Positions 48,647-57,520 are shown, counted from the stretch's first letter. The stretch: 64,000 bases of DNA from an uncultured Planctomycetia bacterium (GCA_964642015.1 CAZXLF010000003.1:228204-292203); one strand, 5' to 3'. Notes: generated by a model not told the origin, from the sequence alone. Translations and numbers: made by a program.

Positions 48647-49657
48647 TTAAATTCCATAGAGACCCGATTTGTATCTTGAGAGATTCTCTTTTTTGGTGAA
48701 CCATCTTATGGTTTTCTCCAAACCGCTTTCAAAACCTTCTTGTCCACCATGAACCGGGTACCAATTCATAAGTTTTTTTGCTTTGGAATGGTCGGCAAAC
48801 AACCGCTCCACTTCGCTGTCTTTCGGTCTGAACCTTTTTACATCAGTTTTAATTTTTATCCTCTTTTTCATCAACCGGGCAATTAACTGAGCCGTCTGGC
48901 CAATAGAGATCTCGAATTGACTTCCCAGATTGATTACTTCCCCTACAGCATTATCAGATGTTGCGGCACAAATAAAACCCTGAACCGTATCTTCAACAAA
49001 AGTAAAGTCTCGCGTGGGATGAAGCGATCCTAAACGGATCTCTTTTTCACCAGAAGCGATCTGAGTGATCACCGATGGGATCACAGCGCGCGCCGACTGA
49101 CGAGGTCCGTAAGTATTGAAAGGCCGCAAGATCGCCACAGGCGTCTTGAACGATTTAAAAAAAGAAATCGCGATCTGGTCTGCACCGAGCTTGGTCGCAG
49201 CATAAGGTGATTGAGCCTGCAACGAATGCTCTTCGGTAATAGGAACAAATTTCGCCGTGCCATAAACTTCACTGGTGGATGTATGCACGATCTTTTTGAT
49301 CCCCAGCTCGCGGGCTGCTTGTAAAATATTCAGGGTACCTTTGACATTAGTGTCTACGTAACTGTCCGGCGAATGATAGGAGTAAGGAATACCGATAAGT
49401 GCGGCCAAATGCAGAACCACCTCACACCCCTTCATAGCGGATTTTACTCCATGAGGATCACGGATATCGCCCATACACACATCCAAGGATTTCTTGATAT
49501 TGGTCGGCGAGTCATCAAGCCAGCCCCATGAATTGAAAGAATTGTATAAGACGAACGCACGGACATCGTGACCTCGTTTTACAAGTGTTTCGGTCAAATG
49601 AGATCCGATAAATCCATCAGCGCCCGTAACCAATATTTTTTTATTTTTCAGATTCAT
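48647..49657 (-). CDS. NAD-dependent sugar epimerase/dehydratase (extended SDR)
   Basis: KILVTGADGFIGSHL and the YAATK catalytic motif. Confidence 0.75.
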   Translation of the reverse strand: MNLKNKKILVTGADGFIGSHLTETLVKRGHDVRAFVLYNSFNSWGWLDDSPTNIKKSLDVCMGDIRDPHGVKSAMKGCEVVLHLAALIGIPYSYHSPDSYVDTNVKGTLNILQAARELGIKKIVHTSTSEVYGTAKFVPITEEHSLQAQSPYAATKLGADQIAISFFKSFKTPVAILRPFNTYGPRQSARAVIPSVITQIASGEKEIRLGSLHPTRDFTFVEDTVQGFICAATSDNAVGEVINLGSQFEISIGQTAQLIARLMKKRIKIKTDVKRFRPKDSEVERLFADHSKAKKLMNWYPVHGGQEGFESGLEKTIRWFTKKENLSRYKSGLYGI

Positions 49658-49668
49658 TGCCTTTTCCT

Positions 49669-50886
49669 TTATGCAGCTTTCTTGGCGACCATTCTTTCGC
49701 GAATCATATCCGCAAACGCAAAACTCCCTGTAAAGGCCGGTGAAACGGCATTCAAAACGTGCGTGGAATCGGGGCCATCCTCAACAACAAAATCCATCAC
49801 CAGTTTTTTTGCTATCTTGTCCACCAGCTGAGCGCGAAGCCCGACCCATCCTTCGCCTGACAGATCAGCCGGCTGGATCGATGGCATTAATAATCGTACG
49901 TGCGTTAAAAATCCTTTAAAGGTATATTTATCAAATTCCTCTTTGACTAATTTCCTGAAATTCGAACCATTTTTCAACCAAAGCATCATTAAATGAAACG
50001 TTATTTCGGGCGTTGCCGAAAGATCTAATCCGTCAACAGCGCCGTAGTTTTCCCTGCCAAATGCCGGGATCGCCGTCGGACCCGCAAACACTTCGCCGTA
50101 TATATTTTTTGTCACATGCACGCCCAAAAAAGGCATTGCAGGATCGGGTGCCGGATATATGGAGCCGTTCACGCGCTCAGCGATCCCGGCGCTCAATTTT
50201 CTGAAAATACCTTTAAAAGGCAGAATACAATATCTTTCGCCTATCCCCATCGCATGAGCGATCCTGTCAGCATGAAGTCCGGCCGTGTTCACGAGATGTT
50301 TATACGACATGGTTCCTTGCGTTGTGCTTAAAATGCGGTCTTTCACATTTACTTTCTTCACTTCGTTTGATTTCTCCAGCCTAACGCCCATTTTCGATAT
50401 ATCTGCTTCCAAGGATGCTAAAATTTTTTTTGCGTCTATCACCGCCGTATCGGGTGAATAAAGCGCTATTTCGCAAGTTTTGGCGTAAGGCTCGATCTCA
50501 AGCAACCGTTGTTCATCTATTTTCTCGACGCGCACTCCGTTCTTTACTGCCTTATCGTATAGACGGTGTATCTCGGGAACAAATTCTCTAGATGGCGCAA
50601 CGATCACTTTGCCTGTTTTTTTACAGGGAACGCCTTTTTCAGCGGCATAAGCCTGCATTCTCCGCGAGCCCTCGACACAACTGTGAGCTTTTAAGGAATC
50701 CGGGCTGTAATAAATGCCGGCATGAAGAACGCCGCTATTTTTGCCGCTTGCGTGTTTTCCAAGCTCCGACTCTTTTTCGAGGATGCAGATGCTTTTATTC
50801 TTATCCTGCGCAAGACGTCTAGCGATCGTCAGACCGATAACGCCGGCACCGATAATGACCACATCGTATTGCCGCACGCTACTCAT
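49669..50886 (-). CDS. FAD-dependent oxidoreductase (LhgO/L-2-hydroxyglutarate oxidase or DAO-like)
   Basis: YDVVIIGAGVIGLTIARRL dinucleotide-binding motif. Size is 405 aa. Confidence 0.65.
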   Translation of the reverse strand: MSSVRQYDVVIIGAGVIGLTIARRLAQDKNKSICILEKESELGKHASGKNSGVLHAGIYYSPDSLKAHSCVEGSRRMQAYAAEKGVPCKKTGKVIVAPSREFVPEIHRLYDKAVKNGVRVEKIDEQRLLEIEPYAKTCEIALYSPDTAVIDAKKILASLEADISKMGVRLEKSNEVKKVNVKDRILSTTQGTMSYKHLVNTAGLHADRIAHAMGIGERYCILPFKGIFRKLSAGIAERVNGSIYPAPDPAMPFLGVHVTKNIYGEVFAGPTAIPAFGRENYGAVDGLDLSATPEITFHLMMLWLKNGSNFRKLVKEEFDKYTFKGFLTHVRLLMPSIQPADLSGEGWVGLRAQLVDKIAKKLVMDFVVEDGPDSTHVLNAVSPAFTGSFAFADMIRERMVAKKAA

Positions 50887-51118
50887 CTATATCTTTATGC
50901 GCCCAATTCCTGGCCTTATTGTAAGCCTTGCCCACACGATCCTCGATCTTGGGAGACAGAATACGCAAAAGTTCTTTTCCCATGATACGGTACTGCTTGC
51001 CAACTTTGGCGGTGCGTATCAAACCTTTCTTGATCATCCGCGTCACCGTGCTTGAGCTGACCTTCAACAGCGCCTGCGTCTCCTCATGTGTATAAACTTC
51101 GTTCTCTTTTATTTCCAT
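50879..51118 (-). CDS. Small excisionase/MerR-type HTH DNA-binding protein
   Basis: 79 aa. HEETQALLKVSSSTVTRMIKKGLIRTAKVGKQYRI matches the HTH_17 pattern. Confidence 0.6.
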   Translation of the reverse strand: MEIKENEVYTHEETQALLKVSSSTVTRMIKKGLIRTAKVGKQYRIMGKELLRILSPKIEDRVGKAYNKARNWAHKDIDE

Positions 51119-51150
51119 AGGCTCCTTACCCTTTCCTTCATCAAATGAAT

Positions 51151-52158
51151 TTATTTACGTAAAAAACTTTCCTGCTCCTGTTGAGAGGCTCTTATTGTCC
51201 ACTCATTCGGCATTGCATTTCTGTCCTTCGGCAAATCGTTCGTATCCAGCCGAGGCAACAACAGCGGACGATCTCTATTCAGATCAGCGATCTCAATTCG
51301 AGAAGTCAACGCCACTTTGCAGCCGTGACGGTTGATAATCGAACACAAAGAATCGTTATAGCCTCCGTACGGATAACACATGATCCAGCTCTTGACATCG
51401 CAACCCAATGCACTCAAAAATTTCACAGAATTTTTAACCTCCTGCTCTTGGAGTTCAGGAGCATCCAAATCAAGCCAGCGATGATCATATCCATGGCTTC
51501 CAATATACATCCCATGCCCCTGCATATGACGTATCTGATCCATATCCATATAAAGCTCTTTGGAAAAAGAGCCTTCGTCTTTAGTGACATATTTTTCGAA
51601 TAAAAGTTTGACGATCTTCTTCCTGATCTTTTCGGGCCTGGCTTTTTGCAAAAACCTTTTGATAAAAATAATTTCTCTGGGGTCGTAACGATTTTCGGTA
51701 GCTAGTTCGTCAAAATATTCCTGGTTGCTTTTTAATTTGTATTCTCCCCTGAATTGATCCAACAATAAAACAATCTCGCGCATGATCTCGAGCCTGTCCT
51801 GAACCGACGCCAAAATAAAATGGCTTTTGTTGACGTCAAGCACCTGATGCTCCAAGATCGCCTTAGCGGGCAGAAAAAAGCATCCGGAAATATTCCTCTT
51901 TTTAAGAATAGGGAAAACATTCACGAAGTGATCTATATAACCATCGTCAAAGGTCAACAAAACAGCTCTAGGCGGTAATTCACTGTGGCCATCCGCACAG
52001 GCCAACAGATCATCCGCCGTAATGAATTGATAATGCCTTCGCAGATATTCGATCTGCTCTGTAAATTGATGCGTTGTAAGCCCGCGGATCTCCGGATACC
52101 GCGAATTCTGAAGGTCCCTCACGTAGTGATACATCATGATGGTTAATCTTTTACTCAT
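51151..52158 (-). CDS. Polysaccharide deacetylase (NodB/CE4 family)
   Basis: LLTFDDGYIDH (TFDDG motif) and YIGSHGYDHRWL. Confidence 0.8.
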   Translation of the reverse strand: MSKRLTIMMYHYVRDLQNSRYPEIRGLTTHQFTEQIEYLRRHYQFITADDLLACADGHSELPPRAVLLTFDDGYIDHFVNVFPILKKRNISGCFFLPAKAILEHQVLDVNKSHFILASVQDRLEIMREIVLLLDQFRGEYKLKSNQEYFDELATENRYDPREIIFIKRFLQKARPEKIRKKIVKLLFEKYVTKDEGSFSKELYMDMDQIRHMQGHGMYIGSHGYDHRWLDLDAPELQEQEVKNSVKFLSALGCDVKSWIMCYPYGGYNDSLCSIINRHGCKVALTSRIEIADLNRDRPLLLPRLDTNDLPKDRNAMPNEWTIRASQQEQESFLRK

Positions 52159-54061
52159 GCGACACCGTGATTTGGTTGATCATTTCAAGAGAATTATTTT
52201 TAACGAATGTTTTTGACTTTGCTTTAGCCTTATCCAAAGAAAGAGACCAATATCCCGTTGAACCTCCCCCGAAAATAATAAAGCCAAATTCTTTGTAAAG
52301 GTTTGAGAATTTATGATTTGACGGGGTTGAAATAAATTCTCCTTGAATCATTTTTACATCCCGCTTGCTTGCTAAGCCGATGATATAATTCATCATGAAA
52401 TGCTCGAGGGTCCTGGCAAACACCCGGCAACTCATCAACCAGCTATCGATCCGTAAGATATCTTTTTCCTGAACAAGAATCACCGACGCAACTAATCCGT
52501 GATCAGTAAATTTATCCGAGAGCCTGCAAACCAACACTATGATGTTTTCATCTCTCATCAGTTCATGGATCTTTGCTTCAGAATAACGGCGAGTCGTTAG
52601 ATTAAACTGATTGGTCTTAAGCTCCATCTGCGCCAAACGCGGCAGATCGCCCGGTGTTGCCTGATAAATTTCAGCTGTCATTTCCAGCTCTTTTAAGTAG
52701 CTCTCGATATCTACAGCCGAACTTTGCATTTCTTTAGCTTTGTTTATGGCAATATAGGATTGAGCTCTGTTCTCGTCTTCTTTTGTCAATTCAAATCTGT
52801 CGAACAAATGCAAACCGTCCAAATAACGGATAAAATCTGCAGGGTCTTCTGGCAATTCCACGACAGTCACGGCCGGCAAACTTTGGCGTACAAGATCACA
52901 TTCCATAGGATTATCGTCCACAAAAACAAGCGTCGACAGATCAATGTTGAGGTCTTTCGCGATCTTCTTAAGATTTCCCGGTTTCTCTTCCCAGTTACAA
53001 TAAAAAGCCGCAAAATCGTCCCGCTTTAGCGGCATCTCGGGATGCTTTTCAAATACTTGTTGGGCAACAACATTTTCATTTTTACTACAAACAGCTAAGA
53101 TCACTCCTCTTTTTTTCAGTTCCAAAATATATTTACAAAACGCGGCATAAGCTTCCCCCTCGGCAGAAATGTTGCCCAACTGAATACCGTCGATGCCATC
53201 ATCGCCAATCACTCCGCCCCACAAAGTATTGTCCAGATCTAAAACTAAACACTTTTTTGCGCGACCCCAAAGCGCTCTGAATACCCCCAAAAAAAGATTC
53301 GAGTACTCCTTGATGAATTTCGGATTAAACCCAAACTTCGCATGATAATAAAACCGTTCATCGTGCCAATTGTCATAACCGACTCTTTTGGCAAGACCAT
53401 CGAGGTCCAGCACGTGAACATATAACGGCTTCTGCTCGCTGAGCACTCGGTTGAACGAAATTAAATAATTATTTTGAGACCATTCAAGACTAGTTTCAGC
53501 TATTCCTATAAAATTATAGTTCATGCCAGCAATGTTATGGATCAAAATGGGACATTTAAATTCATCGTGAAGTTTTCGGCATAATTCCGTAAATTCACTT
53601 ATTTGATGATCAATCATCGGCCCAACCGATGTTGCAACGTTAGGAAATTCTTTTATGTTCTGAGGACCAATCGCGAATAAAATAAGTTCGGGCTGAAATT
53701 GATGTATTCCGCTTAGAGGGTCTAAAACCTCCTGTTGAAAAGTATCAAAAGGTGCTTCGTAGATTTCAGCTAGTAAATTTTCTTTACACAACGCCATACG
53801 CACCGCATTGGCAACTACACTCGTTGTATAACCACCTAAGATAGCAATCTTTAATCTTGGGAGATCTTTCGCGTTGGATTCTTTTATAAAAGCTTCGTCG
53901 ATGAATTTTTTAAAAAATTCAAACTCGTGAAGTTTTTGATTTTTGAAATTCAAATGCCTGCAGATAAGCTCCCATGCTTCACGCTGTTGTTTTTTTTCAC
54001 AAAGCTCTTTGGCCTTATTGAGAATGTCAAAGCTGTTTAACACTTCAGAAATTTGAGACAT
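52151..54061 (-). CDS. FkbH-like protein (HAD-IIIC phosphatase-type glyceryl-ACP loading enzyme)
   Basis: VLDLDNTLWGGVIGDDG (FkbH/HAD-IIIC motif I), AVCSKNEN and LVFVDDNP. Size of 636 aa matches full-length FkbH. Confidence 0.8.
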   Translation of the reverse strand: MSQISEVLNSFDILNKAKELCEKKQQREAWELICRHLNFKNQKLHEFEFFKKFIDEAFIKESNAKDLPRLKIAILGGYTTSVVANAVRMALCKENLLAEIYEAPFDTFQQEVLDPLSGIHQFQPELILFAIGPQNIKEFPNVATSVGPMIDHQISEFTELCRKLHDEFKCPILIHNIAGMNYNFIGIAETSLEWSQNNYLISFNRVLSEQKPLYVHVLDLDGLAKRVGYDNWHDERFYYHAKFGFNPKFIKEYSNLFLGVFRALWGRAKKCLVLDLDNTLWGGVIGDDGIDGIQLGNISAEGEAYAAFCKYILELKKRGVILAVCSKNENVVAQQVFEKHPEMPLKRDDFAAFYCNWEEKPGNLKKIAKDLNIDLSTLVFVDDNPMECDLVRQSLPAVTVVELPEDPADFIRYLDGLHLFDRFELTKEDENRAQSYIAINKAKEMQSSAVDIESYLKELEMTAEIYQATPGDLPRLAQMELKTNQFNLTTRRYSEAKIHELMRDENIIVLVCRLSDKFTDHGLVASVILVQEKDILRIDSWLMSCRVFARTLEHFMMNYIIGLASKRDVKMIQGEFISTPSNHKFSNLYKEFGFIIFGGGSTGYWSLSLDKAKAKSKTFVKNNSLEMINQITVSHE

Positions 54062-54064
54062 AAA

Positions 54065-54973
54065 CTATCTATCCTTTTTTACCAAATATCCGGCAATCGT
54101 CGGACGCAGATGCTCAGGTTTTTCAGGATACTGAACCTCTATTTGAGCATCCCGGATCTTCCAGCCGGCCTTTTCAAGCTGGACTTCAACCTCTTTAGGA
54201 GAACGGTAATGATAAATATGATCCGTGTGGCTCGCGTTCACCGCCGCCGTGATATAACCCCATCCTTTCGGCCGCGCAGCGCGGTAGAGACCGTTTACAA
54301 AACTCTGCGGATCTTCAAGATGTTCGAGCACTTCCTGGCTGATGACCAGATCCGCGAGTTCGCTGATGGGGTTTGCGATAATATTTTGATTACGGATCGA
54401 ATACCGATCGCCGTAACCGTGTGCACGAACCGCTCGAAATGTAAAATTCAATGCGTAATCACTAATGTCAAACCCGATCCCCTTGGCTTGCGGTATCAAT
54501 TCGAGCGTCTTTTGTGAATACATTCCGCAGCCAACGCCTACTTCGTAAAATAATTTCACGTCAGCTGCGATTTTCGGCAGAAGATCAGTGAGATAACGCC
54601 TCAGCATGCGCTGATGATGCGGCCAAATATAGTGAGAAAGATATTGGCCCGGCAAATAACGGCGCTCCATATAGTCGGATGAATGATAACACTCTTTAAT
54701 CATCTGCCCATAATCACTGTTCTGGTATCTGCCATGCTTTTCATAATAAACCTGCGCCCGAAGCGCGTCGACACAGAACTCCGCATAACCATCAATCGCT
54801 TCATCCCATTTTGGCGAAGGATTTTCGCCGAATACACGCGCAATATTTTGGGAGATCTCTTCTTCCCACACAGGACCAAATTCTTTTTCGCTTTTGGTCC
54901 AAAGAGTCGCGAACTGCGGGTATCTTTTTTCAATGATCTCGCGCATCTGAGTAAAAGCCGATTTAGTTAACAT
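54065..54973 (-). CDS. Class I SAM-dependent methyltransferase
   Basis: YEVGVGCGMYS motif I and VLEHLEDP. Confidence 0.65.
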   Translation of the reverse strand: MLTKSAFTQMREIIEKRYPQFATLWTKSEKEFGPVWEEEISQNIARVFGENPSPKWDEAIDGYAEFCVDALRAQVYYEKHGRYQNSDYGQMIKECYHSSDYMERRYLPGQYLSHYIWPHHQRMLRRYLTDLLPKIAADVKLFYEVGVGCGMYSQKTLELIPQAKGIGFDISDYALNFTFRAVRAHGYGDRYSIRNQNIIANPISELADLVISQEVLEHLEDPQSFVNGLYRAARPKGWGYITAAVNASHTDHIYHYRSPKEVEVQLEKAGWKIRDAQIEVQYPEKPEHLRPTIAGYLVKKDR

Positions 54974-54984
54974 GGATCTCCGTT

Positions 54985-55425
54985 TTAATTCTTAACGATG
55001 CTCTTTGCTTTAGCAGTTGCGATCAATTGTCCATCACTATCTGTCACGGTAACATCGATCGTGATCTGTCCTGTGCTTTCTGAAATATGCCCAACGATCC
55101 CCTGCACTTTTATCTTTTTAGGAGGAACCAAAGGTTTTCGGAATCCCAAATCGATGCTTTGCAGGATCCCGTTCGACCCCGGTAGCCGATTTCCGATGAG
55201 TCTCGAAATTAAAGCGCCTATATAAAGTCCGTGTGACACTTTTCCTCCAAAACCTTTTTTCTTGGCAAAATCCGCATCCATATGGATTGGAGAATAATCT
55301 CCTGAAAGTTTTGCGAAAGCATCGATATCCTCCGGCTTTACGGATACTTCGATACTTTCTGATCGCCCAACGGCAAGATCAGACAGGCTGTAATTGTTTA
55401 TCTGCATCAATCCACCATTCTCCAT
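54985..55425 (-). CDS. MaoC-like (R)-specific dehydratase, hot-dog fold
   Basis: DIDAFAKLSGDYSPIHMDADFAKKKGFGGKVSHGLY. Start placed at the internal Met (MENGG...); the ORF track extends to 55488. Confidence 0.7.
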   Translation of the reverse strand: MENGGLMQINNYSLSDLAVGRSESIEVSVKPEDIDAFAKLSGDYSPIHMDADFAKKKGFGGKVSHGLYIGALISRLIGNRLPGSNGILQSIDLGFRKPLVPPKKIKVQGIVGHISESTGQITIDVTVTDSDGQLIATAKAKSIVKN

Positions 55426-56293
55426 AACCCGCCAAACGATCCTTCGCCGGTGATAAGATCCCTTCACCCTCCATTTTCCATCCTTCAAGAGGAATCACCC
55501 CTGCTTTAAATTGCGGCGGTCTTTTCAAGAATGCGTAAACATTCTCAGCTAAAAGGCGATATCCGATAGAGAGCTGGTCTTTTAAATCGGAGGCATACAT
55601 CACCGCGTCACCCAGAACAGCCTGCCGCAGCAGCCCTTCTCTGCGCAGTGTTTCTGTATAAAGCCCATAGTCTGGTTCGACGGCGAATGAACGGTAAGCT
55701 ACGTTCAGAACAAAAATTTTGTCCAATCTTTTTCCATCCCTGTAAACAGAGGCATCCAAAATTTTATTGTAATAATACGGGACCCCATAGGTGGTTTCCA
55801 AATAATGAGCACCCGTGACCAAGTGCCCGCTATTCGGTTCAAAACCTAAACTCACGGCAACACCGCCGTTTTCAAATAAATTTCCATAAGCGCTGCCCAC
55901 ACCAAAACCACTCGTGCTTTGTGCATTGCAAATAACAGCGGCCTTTTCTCCAAAAGCCGTCAAAGAGAAAACGGGGTGAAAACTACGCACTGCACCAGGT
56001 TGTTTTCGTAAAAACTCATTTAAAATCCCTGAGGGCGTCGGCGTTTCTTCATGAATGTAATCCAAACCAAAACGCCCGATCTGCGGCGTATGCGTCGGCA
56101 TGACTAGCGTGCCAGACGGACCGATCACTTCAAAAATGGCCTGCTGATAAATACGGCAAAATTCATCTGCAGAATGCGCATCTGCTAGACGGCCTACCAC
56201 CGCGATGCGTGCGGTAAAAAATACGGTATCTCCCGTTTTAACCCCGAGCTGTTTAAACACACGGATGATGTCGCTCTTCGAATAGCTTTTCAC
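55379..56293 (-). CDS. AAC(3)-family (Antibiotic_NAT fold) N-acyltransferase, paralog A
   Basis: VFKQLGVKTGDTVFFTARIAVVGRL...IGPSGTLVMPTHT and RSFHPVFSLTAFG match the AAC(3) RSxHP motif region. Confidence 0.7.
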   Translation of the reverse strand: MKSYSKSDIIRVFKQLGVKTGDTVFFTARIAVVGRLADAHSADEFCRIYQQAIFEVIGPSGTLVMPTHTPQIGRFGLDYIHEETPTPSGILNEFLRKQPGAVRSFHPVFSLTAFGEKAAVICNAQSTSGFGVGSAYGNLFENGGVAVSLGFEPNSGHLVTGAHYLETTYGVPYYYNKILDASVYRDGKRLDKIFVLNVAYRSFAVEPDYGLYTETLRREGLLRQAVLGDAVMYASDLKDQLSIGYRLLAENVYAFLKRPPQFKAGVIPLEGWKMEGEGILSPAKDRLAGYGEWWIDADKQLQPV

Positions 56294-56294
56294 A

Positions 56295-57173
56295 TTAGTC
56301 CCATTCGTCCGCTAGTACAAGACCGGCCCAGTTTTTCGGAGCATCCGATACAGCTTCTCTGCCTTCAAACGGAATACGGCCACGCACAAATTGCGGTGAA
56401 CATTTTAAAAATGAATACACATCTTCGGATAACAACTCATAACCTATTTTTTTCTGGTCATGGAGATCGCTCGCGAACAGCACCGCGTCACCGATTTTTA
56501 CGGCACGCAGCATACCACGCGAATTGAGCGTCTCTATAAAACGGGAATAATCAAGTTGGATCTCAAATTCCCTGTAACCCACGTTCAAAACAAAAACTTT
56601 TTGAGTTTTTTCGCCGTCGCGATAAACTTCAGATGTCACGACCTTATTATAATAATAAGGAACGCCATAAGTGGCTTCGATATAATGAGCGCCTTTGACA
56701 ATATTGCCGTCAAGATATTCAAATCCTAAGCTTGCGCTTTTGGCACCATGACGAAATAAATACCCAAAAGCGCTGTTCATTCCGAACGCGCTCGTATCAA
56801 CATTTCCGCAAATCGCCTCAGCTTTGGCACCCACAGCGGTCAAAGAAAAAACCGGATGAAAACTTCTAACAGCATTTTCTTTTTTTCTGATGAATTCATA
56901 GAATTCACCATAAGGCGTTGGTGTAGATTCATGAATATAAGGTGTCCCGAAACATCCCACCTGTTGGGTATATGTAGGTACCACTAAGGTTCCGTTATTT
57001 CCAAGGATCTCGAAAATAGCATCAAAAATTTTTTGACAAAACGATTGGCTCGAATTGGCACCTTCCAAGCGGCCTAGCGCAGATAACCGCGCCGATAGAA
57101 AAAGCGTGTCCCCGTTTTTTATTCCCGCTCTTTTGAATGCTTCTGTGAGGTCAGACGAAGAATACGAAGTCAT
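56295..57173 (-). CDS. AAC(3)-family (Antibiotic_NAT fold) N-acyltransferase, paralog B
   Basis: AFKRAGIKNGDTLFLSARLSALGRL...LGNNGTLVVPTYT and RSFHPVFSLTAVG. Adjacent to paralog A and similar to it. Confidence 0.7.
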   Translation of the reverse strand: MTSYSSSDLTEAFKRAGIKNGDTLFLSARLSALGRLEGANSSQSFCQKIFDAIFEILGNNGTLVVPTYTQQVGCFGTPYIHESTPTPYGEFYEFIRKKENAVRSFHPVFSLTAVGAKAEAICGNVDTSAFGMNSAFGYLFRHGAKSASLGFEYLDGNIVKGAHYIEATYGVPYYYNKVVTSEVYRDGEKTQKVFVLNVGYREFEIQLDYSRFIETLNSRGMLRAVKIGDAVLFASDLHDQKKIGYELLSEDVYSFLKCSPQFVRGRIPFEGREAVSDAPKNWAGLVLADEWD

Positions 57174-57403
57174 TGAATATTTTTTTTATGGAGCAACTGC
57201 AGGAGATCGCCTACGCAAGTAAGGGAGCTGATTTCTTTGGTCGTAAAATTGACCTTGAAATATTCCTCAAGTGCGACGATCAGATTGATATGCGCAAAAG
57301 AATCCCAACCCGCAACGTGAGAGGCGTTGGTTTGTTCGGTGACAACAAGCTTGGGGTCGTTGAAAACTTCCCTGAAAACTCCTGTTACACGGTCTAAAAG
57401 CAT
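57170..57403 (-). CDS. Acyl carrier protein (standalone)
   Basis: 77 aa. The GWDSFAHINL phosphopantetheine-attachment motif (DS) lies in a four-helix-length protein. Confidence 0.8.
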   Translation of the reverse strand: MLLDRVTGVFREVFNDPKLVVTEQTNASHVAGWDSFAHINLIVALEEYFKVNFTTKEISSLTCVGDLLQLLHKKNIQ

Positions 57404-57453
57404 TTAACCCTTTCTTTAGCATATAGTTAAGTAGGCGTAAGTTAACGAGATAT

Positions 57454-57482
57454 ATATTATTCTATAACTCATATTATGTCAA
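57454..57482 (-). promoter_or_regulatory. Sigma70-type promoter: TTGACA-N17-TAATAT driving the ACP/AAC(3)/MaoC/MT/FkbH operon
   Basis: The minus strand reads TTGACATAATATGAGTTATAGAATAATAT. The -35 is an exact consensus hexamer, the spacer is 17 nt and the -10 matches 4/6. It lies about 45 nt upstream of the ACP start, in the AT-rich gap 57404-57511. Confidence 0.5.
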
Positions 57483-57488
57483 TAGTTA

Positions 57489-57520
57489 TCATTAGATATC
57501 ATAAATGACCATTAGATATC
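57489..57520 (-). repeat. Direct repeat (C/T)CATTAGATATC x2, 20 bp centre-to-centre, each containing the palindrome GATATC
   Basis: Plus strand has tcATTAGATATCataaatgaccATTAGATATCc. It is located just upstream of the -35 element. Confidence 0.5.

Noticed and set aside
50879-51118. Excisionase-type HTH as marker of an integrated mobile element
   Set aside because: No integrase, transposase, att-like repeats or tRNA are present anywhere in the window, and flanking genes are contiguous biosynthetic genes.
57404-57511. AT-rich 108-bp gap as a possible small RNA or CRISPR leader
   Set aside because: There are no repeat-spacer units and no stable stem-loop. The sequence is better explained as a promoter/operator region (TTGACA-N17-TAATAT plus direct repeats).
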